From Gallionellaceae bacterium (GTDB taxonomy: Bacteria > Pseudomonadota > Gammaproteobacteria > Burkholderiales > Gallionellaceae), in assembly GCA_036171275.1 (NCBI GenBank), contig JAVHQT010000027.1, forward strand, positions 13,817 through 77,816: 64,000 nt of DNA, given 5' to 3'. The position numbers were made by a program, and so were the translations under genes. Every line of letters starts with the position of its first letter. Positions within the stretch are counted from its first letter, which is position 1. The notes under the pieces were generated by a model. The model saw only the letters and a program-made list of their open reading frames with translations, searched no databases and was not told where the DNA came from. Shown one piece after another: positions 59,315 through 64,000 of this stretch.

Positions 59315-61081
59315 ATGCGTAATTTCACAGCGGCCCACTTTAGCCTGATTTTAATCGGGTTAATGTGGGTTTTCCCTTTTGTAAACTTTCTTCACGCCTA
59401 CCCGATAACCACCTTCTACCAAGAATGGAGTGCAGTCATCTTAGGCTTATGCGCCATGCCGTTTTTGCTGTCTCGCACCGCTTGGCAAGAACCCGAAATT
59501 CCGCGCATTGTGTTATTACCAATCGGGCTATTATTTTTATTGATAGTGCAATATAGCTTAGGTTTAATTCCCAGTTTTGAACAAACGCTACTGTTTACGC
59601 TGTATTTTTTGTGGATCGCACTGCTGATGATGCTCGGACAACGGCTAAAGCGTGAGCTCGGTCTACCGCTACTGACGCAGGTTTTAGCGATTTTCCTCCT
59701 CGTCGGCACAGAACTTAACGCAGTCGCCGCTTTGCAACAACACTACGGCTGGCACTCATTTCTAGCCTCTTTCGTCACCGCAAAGGTCAGCGTCGCCGTG
59801 TATGGCAACATTGCGCAGCCCAATCATTTTGCCGATTATTTAACCTTAGGCTTGCTGTCGATTGGCTTGTTATTTGCACGCGGCATTTTGTCGCGACTGG
59901 CGACGATTGCTTTAGTTTTGCCGCTGTTGTTTGTCATGGTACTCAGCGGTTCACGCAGCGCATGGCTGTATTTACTGTTTATCCTTTTCGCCTCCTATTT
60001 CGCATATAGACGTAACCCATTGTTTATATTGGTTTTTAAATATGCAGCCTTGCTACTGCTTGGCTTTGCCGCCATGCACTGGGTCGTCCAACTGCCTTGG
60101 TTTATTGGCAATACCGGATCGGTGACAACCGTCGAGCGAATGTTCGCTGAAGGCGGAAGCGGCGCGATTCGATTGTATTTATGGCATGAAGCTGCGCTGA
60201 TTTTTAGCCAGTTCCCGTGGCTAGGTGCAGGCTTTGGTCAATATGCTTGGCAACACTTTCAATGGGGTGCGACGCTACAAGACATCAGAATTTCTGGGCT
60301 TTACAACAATGCGCACAATGTTGTCATGCAGCTTGCAGCCGAAACCGGCATCCTAGGCTTAAGCATTTTTTTTATTAGCCTTGCGCTGTGGTTACGGCAA
60401 ATTCGGCACATCACGTTTAGCCTTGAGCACGCCTGGGCGTATTGGGTTTTGGCGGTGATTGGCATTCATAGCTTACTGGAATATCCCTTGTGGTATGCCT
60501 ACTTTATTGGCATTGTCGCCTTTCTATTGGGCGTATTAGATAACCAAAGTTATGAGCTGACGCTGAAAAAACCAGGACGGTTCGCAGTGGCCATGATTCT
60601 CGCGCTCGGCGTTTTGGCCTCCTTGCAACTGTATCAAGGCTATCGCAAATTGGAAATTGCGCTCAGCGTCAAACCCCTTGCGCCGGACGATCACAGCGTT
60701 GGTGCGCGGCAACGCACCCACCTAGCGGATGTTTACAATTACGCCTTACTGCGCCCGTTTGCCGAATTATTTATGAGCGGCATGATTGAAGTTGATGCAA
60801 CGAACCTCGCGCAAAAGCTGATTTTGAATGAACGCAATTTGCGTTACATTCCAATAGCCTCCGTCGCCTATCGGCAAGCCTGGTTATTGGCGCTGGACAA
60901 TCGTCTGCCGCAAGCCCAACTACAGTATGCGCAAGCACTCTGGTCTTATCCGACTGATGCGCAGACCGCAGTCAACGAGTTAAAACAATTTGCGCTGAAA
61001 GACCCAGCGCACTTTGCTGCTCTGTTAGAATTCGCCACCCAAAAAAACGAGGAGTATCAACGTGCAATTCATGCAAGATAA
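59315..61081 (+). CDS. PglL-like O-oligosaccharyltransferase / O-antigen-ligase-family (Wzy_C) protein
   Basis: About 588 aa and polytopic. NNAHNVVMQLAAETGILG and SLLEYPLWYAYF resemble Neisseria PglL (HNIVLQLLAEMGISG, LEYPLWYVYF) as I recall it. There is a TPR-like C-terminal extension. Confidence 0.65.
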   Translation: MRNFTAAHFSLILIGLMWVFPFVNFLHAYPITTFYQEWSAVILGLCAMPFLLSRTAWQEPEIPRIVLLPIGLLFLLIVQYSLGLIPSFEQTLLFTLYFLWIALLMMLGQRLKRELGLPLLTQVLAIFLLVGTELNAVAALQQHYGWHSFLASFVTAKVSVAVYGNIAQPNHFADYLTLGLLSIGLLFARGILSRLATIALVLPLLFVMVLSGSRSAWLYLLFILFASYFAYRRNPLFILVFKYAALLLLGFAAMHWVVQLPWFIGNTGSVTTVERMFAEGGSGAIRLYLWHEAALIFSQFPWLGAGFGQYAWQHFQWGATLQDIRISGLYNNAHNVVMQLAAETGILGLSIFFISLALWLRQIRHITFSLEHAWAYWVLAVIGIHSLLEYPLWYAYFIGIVAFLLGVLDNQSYELTLKKPGRFAVAMILALGVLASLQLYQGYRKLEIALSVKPLAPDDHSVGARQRTHLADVYNYALLRPFAELFMSGMIEVDATNLAQKLILNERNLRYIPIASVAYRQAWLLALDNRLPQAQLQYAQALWSYPTDAQTAVNELKQFALKDPAHFAALLEFATQKNEEYQRAIHAR

Positions 61082-61472
61082 TTTAATCATGGTGCTGATA
61101 TTTTTGACCAGCGGGCTAATGCTGCTTTGGTCCATGTTTGGCAACAAAATGCGCGGCATCAAAGAAATTGATACCGCTTCCGCCGTGCAACTCATTAACC
61201 GCCAAAACGCCGTCATTCTGGATGTGCGTGAACCCAACGAATTCGCTGAAGGACATTTGCTCAATGCCAAATTGATACCCTTAAAAAAGCTGGCTGAACG
61301 TGTCGGCGAACTCGAAAAATATCGCAACAAGCCGATTTTGGTGGTTTGCCGCAGCGGACAACGCGCGGGCACTGGCACTAGTTTTCTAAATAAAGCCGGT
61401 TTTACCCAAACCTATAGTTTGTCCGGCGGCATCATAGCGTGGCAAAAAGCCAACTTGCCGCTGGAAAAATAA
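61062..61472 (+). CDS. Membrane-anchored rhodanese (YibN-like)
   Basis: It has an N-terminal TM segment and a rhodanese domain with the active-site loop VVCRSGQRAG. The GTG at 61062 has GAGGAG 7 nt upstream; alternative ATGs lie at 61071 and 61089. Confidence 0.8.
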   Translation: MQFMQDNLIMVLIFLTSGLMLLWSMFGNKMRGIKEIDTASAVQLINRQNAVILDVREPNEFAEGHLLNAKLIPLKKLAERVGELEKYRNKPILVVCRSGQRAGTGTSFLNKAGFTQTYSLSGGIIAWQKANLPLEK

Positions 61473-61473
61473 T

Positions 61474-61731
61474 ATGAAGAAAGTCTTAATGTATTGCACT
61501 GCAGTCTGCCCTTATTGCGTGAACGCAGAACGCTTGTTAAACGGCAAAGGCATCACTGATATTGAAAAAATTCGTATCGATTTGCATCCAGAACGCGGCG
61601 CAGAAATGATTGAGCGTACCGGTCGCCGCACCGTTCCGCAAATCTACATTGGCGATCGGCATATTGGTGGCTTCGATGATATGGCAGCGCTTGATCGTGC
61701 TGGCGAATTAAATAAATTGCTAACTACTTGA
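61474..61731 (+). CDS. grxC: Glutaredoxin 3
   Basis: 85 aa, with the CPYC active site, TVPQIYIG and GGFDD. Confidence 0.92.
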   Translation: MKKVLMYCTAVCPYCVNAERLLNGKGITDIEKIRIDLHPERGAEMIERTGRRTVPQIYIGDRHIGGFDDMAALDRAGELNKLLTT

Positions 61732-61747
61732 TTATAAAGGATATTTT

Positions 61748-62215
61748 ATGAATGATGTCACCACTTCCAACCCAGAGCAACCTGTGTTTAACATTGAAAA
61801 ACTCTATGTAAAAGACCTGTCACTCGAAATTCCCCACGCGCCCGCCATTTTCTTGGTACGCGAGAATCCGCAAATTGATTTACAACTCAACACTCAAGCA
61901 GCAACGATAGAAGACGGCGTTTATGAAGTGACCGTCACCGTCACCGTCACTGCAAAACTCCCTGAGAAAAATCAAGTCATGTTTTTAGTTGAAGCCAAGC
62001 AAGCCGGCATTTTTCAGTTGCGTAACCTTCCGACGGCAGAAATGGAAACCGTGCTTGGCATTGCGTGTCCGAATATTCTTTATCCTTACCTGCGCGAAGT
62101 GGTTTCTGACCTTGTTGTTCGTGCCGGATTTGCTCCCGTTATTTTGAGCCCCATCAACTTTGAGGCCTTGTACACGCAACAAAAACATCAGCAGGCGCCC
62201 GAAGTCACCCACTAA
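61748..62215 (+). CDS. secB: Protein-export chaperone SecB
   Basis: 155 aa, with FNIEKLYVKDLSLEIP and CPNILYPYLRE. Confidence 0.92.
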   Translation: MNDVTTSNPEQPVFNIEKLYVKDLSLEIPHAPAIFLVRENPQIDLQLNTQAATIEDGVYEVTVTVTVTAKLPEKNQVMFLVEAKQAGIFQLRNLPTAEMETVLGIACPNILYPYLREVVSDLVVRAGFAPVILSPINFEALYTQQKHQQAPEVTH

Positions 62216-62303
62216 TTCAGCGAACCACAATCGCTTTCAGCCGACGAGAACCGCCTATTTTTACAGCACAAATCCGTGCTTTCCAGTTTCCTGTTTAGCC
62301 AAA

Positions 62304-62831
62304 ATGCTATATAAGCTCATGATTATTAAGGATTATTTAAATTTTAACTCACCACAGAACATCCTCAAGCTGCGCCCTCGCTGCGCTGCAACACGCCGTG
62401 CGGTTTATGGACTGCTTTTCTTAAGCGGGTTGTTGAGCCACGCCGCGCACGCCTTTGAATTTATTTCTTTAGACAAACCGGCTATTTTGTACGACGCCCC
62501 CTCGCAAATGGCCAAAAAACGGTTCGTTGGCACGCGTTACTTACCTTTAGAGCAAATCGTCAGTGTCGATGGCTGGAGCAAAGTGAGAGATAGCAGCGGC
62601 GCGCTGTTTTGGGTTGAAAAAAATGCCGTGACTGCGCAACGCTTTGTACTAATTACGGTGCCTTTTGCAACCATTCGAAGTGCTGCGGACAGCACTGCGC
62701 CTATCGTCTTTTATGCGCAACAAAATGTTGCCTTGGCGCGCCTAGAAGCCACCGGAACCGGCTGGGTAAAAATCAAACATTTAGACGGCGCAACGGGTTA
62801 TGTCAACATCACAGAAGTGTGGGGCGAATAA
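62304..62831 (+). CDS. Exported protein with two bacterial SH3-like repeats
   Basis: It has a signal-like region (RRAVYGLLFLSGLLSHAAHA) and two SH3b-like segments (GWSKVRDSSGALFWVEKNAV; GWVKIKHLDGATGYVNITEVWG). The start is uncertain because the ATGs at 62304 and 62319 lie at the edge of or inside a repeat element and lack an SD. Confidence 0.6.
   Translation: MLYKLMIIKDYLNFNSPQNILKLRPRCAATRRAVYGLLFLSGLLSHAAHAFEFISLDKPAILYDAPSQMAKKRFVGTRYLPLEQIVSVDGWSKVRDSSGALFWVEKNAVTAQRFVLITVPFATIRSAADSTAPIVFYAQQNVALARLEATGTGWVKIKHLDGATGYVNITEVWGE
62308..62345 (-). repeat. AT-rich intergenic repeat with IHF-like core (copy J)
   Basis: The minus strand reads AAAATTTAAATAATCCTTAATAATCATGAGCTTATATA. It overlaps the candidate ATG at 62319 of the next gene and starts 4 nt after the candidate ATG at 62304. 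Confidence 0.5.
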
Positions 62832-63820
62832 TGAACATCTCCGTGTTAGGCGCAGGTGCGTGGGGAACGGCGCTGGCAATCAGCCTCGCTACTCAGCATC
62901 GCGTTCTGCTCTGGGCGCGCGACAGCGTGCAAGTGCAAGCGATGCAAGACAGCCATCGCAACCAGCGCTATTTGCCGGATCTACCCCTTCCCGATAATTT
63001 ACAGCTCACGGCATCGCTCGAACAGGCGCTGAATCAAGCGCAGCTGTTAATTGTTGCCGTGCCCGTTTCCTCCTTTCGCGCCTGCTTGCAATCCGTTGCC
63101 ACCCACTCAAAACCGGTTCCAGTGATCTGGTTGTGCAAAGGATTTGAGGCAGAAACCTCGGCATTGCCGCACCAAATAGCCGCCGACGTTTTGCCGCCGT
63201 CATTTCCACGCGCCACTTTATCCGGCCCCAGTTTCGCACAGGAAGTCGCGCAAAATCTGCCCACCGCATTGACGCTCGCCTCGACTGACTTAAGTTTTGC
63301 CCAACAAACTGCCCACACCTTACACCATTCGCGCTTGCGCATTTATTCCAGTGCCGATTTAGTCGGCGTGGAAGTTGGTGGCGCAGTCAAAAATGTGTTG
63401 GCGATTGCCTCTGGCATCAGCGATGGTTTAAAGCTAGGATTGAATGCCCGCGCCGCCTTACTCACCCGAGGCTTAGCAGAAATGGCTAGGCTAGGACAAA
63501 AGCTCGGCGGACAGGCTGCCACACTGGGCGGTTTATCGGGCGCAGGGGATTTAATTTTGACTTGTACCGGTGACTTATCGCGAAACCGGCAAGTCGGAAT
63601 GTTGCTAGCCAATGGCAAAACCTTGCCCGCCATTCTGCGTGAACTGGGGCACGTTGCCGAAGGCGTTTACACCGCACGCGAAGTATTTAAACTGTCCCAA
63701 AAACTGGCGGTTAGTATGCCAATTTGCCACGCCGTTTATCAAATTTTATATGAAGGGCTGCCGGCTGCAATCGCCGCCGAAAGCCTACTAAATCGCATCC
63801 CTAGCGACGAATTACGCTAG
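62831..63820 (+). CDS. gpsA: NAD(P)H-dependent glycerol-3-phosphate dehydrogenase
   Basis: The start MNISVLGAGAWGTALA is at the ATG at 62831, overlapping the previous stop by TAATG. It also has the motif GAVKNVLAIASG. Confidence 0.93.
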   Translation: MNISVLGAGAWGTALAISLATQHRVLLWARDSVQVQAMQDSHRNQRYLPDLPLPDNLQLTASLEQALNQAQLLIVAVPVSSFRACLQSVATHSKPVPVIWLCKGFEAETSALPHQIAADVLPPSFPRATLSGPSFAQEVAQNLPTALTLASTDLSFAQQTAHTLHHSRLRIYSSADLVGVEVGGAVKNVLAIASGISDGLKLGLNARAALLTRGLAEMARLGQKLGGQAATLGGLSGAGDLILTCTGDLSRNRQVGMLLANGKTLPAILRELGHVAEGVYTAREVFKLSQKLAVSMPICHAVYQILYEGLPAAIAAESLLNRIPSDELR

Positions 63821-64000
63821 AGGATGCGCTGTTCGTGCATTCAAGTTACCTATTTGCGTTTCAGCTTAGCGTGTTGATTCCGTTTGCTAAAATCGGAGCA
63901 GGCAAGCACTTTCACGCCTAAAAACAGCGCGAGTACTTGATTGTCCGCTGGGCTAGTTACTAAAATGCCTGGCTGCAGAAATCGGCATCCCCAATCATTA

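Overview
The window reads as a chromosomal segment of a Gram-negative, most likely betaproteobacterial genome. That assignment is an inference from gene content and synteny only: tkt-gap-pgk-pyk; ntrX-ntrY-DUF4390-rsmB-fmt-def divergent from LysM/TsaP-like-dprA-topA; dacA-ybeD-lipB-lipA; regBA divergent from rnfABCDGE-nth; rhodanese-grxC-secB-gpsA. About 60 protein genes are tightly packed, with many 1-nt or 4-nt stop/start overlaps. By eye I found no rRNA, tRNA, CRISPR array, transposase, integrase or phage genes.

Only one region is clearly accessory. It is a glycan operon of lower GC at about 17.1-27.0 kb: gmd-fcl, then a methyltransferase, an acetyltransferase, a GT10 and a GT11 fucosyltransferase, a Wzx-like flippase, an epimerase, a GT2 and a GT4. 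It contains no polymerase, chain-length regulator or initiating transferase.

The observations I rank highest:
1. A PglL-like O-oligosaccharyltransferase or ligase at 59.3-61.1 kb could be the transferase that serves the glycan operon.
2. At least ten copies of a roughly 30-nt AT-rich repeat occur only in intergenic DNA. Its core matches the IHF consensus WATCAANNNNTTR.
3. The regB-rnfA control region holds a candidate RegA box, an operator-like palindrome and an orphan terminator-like hairpin.
4. yggX and ppk are coupled, with a GTG start for ppk. The ORF track merges ppk into an artificial 793-aa ORF.
5. Several housekeeping promoters share a -10 element followed by a CGCGCCC discriminator.

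All calls come from reading the translated ORFs and the DNA by eye. No searches or statistics were run.
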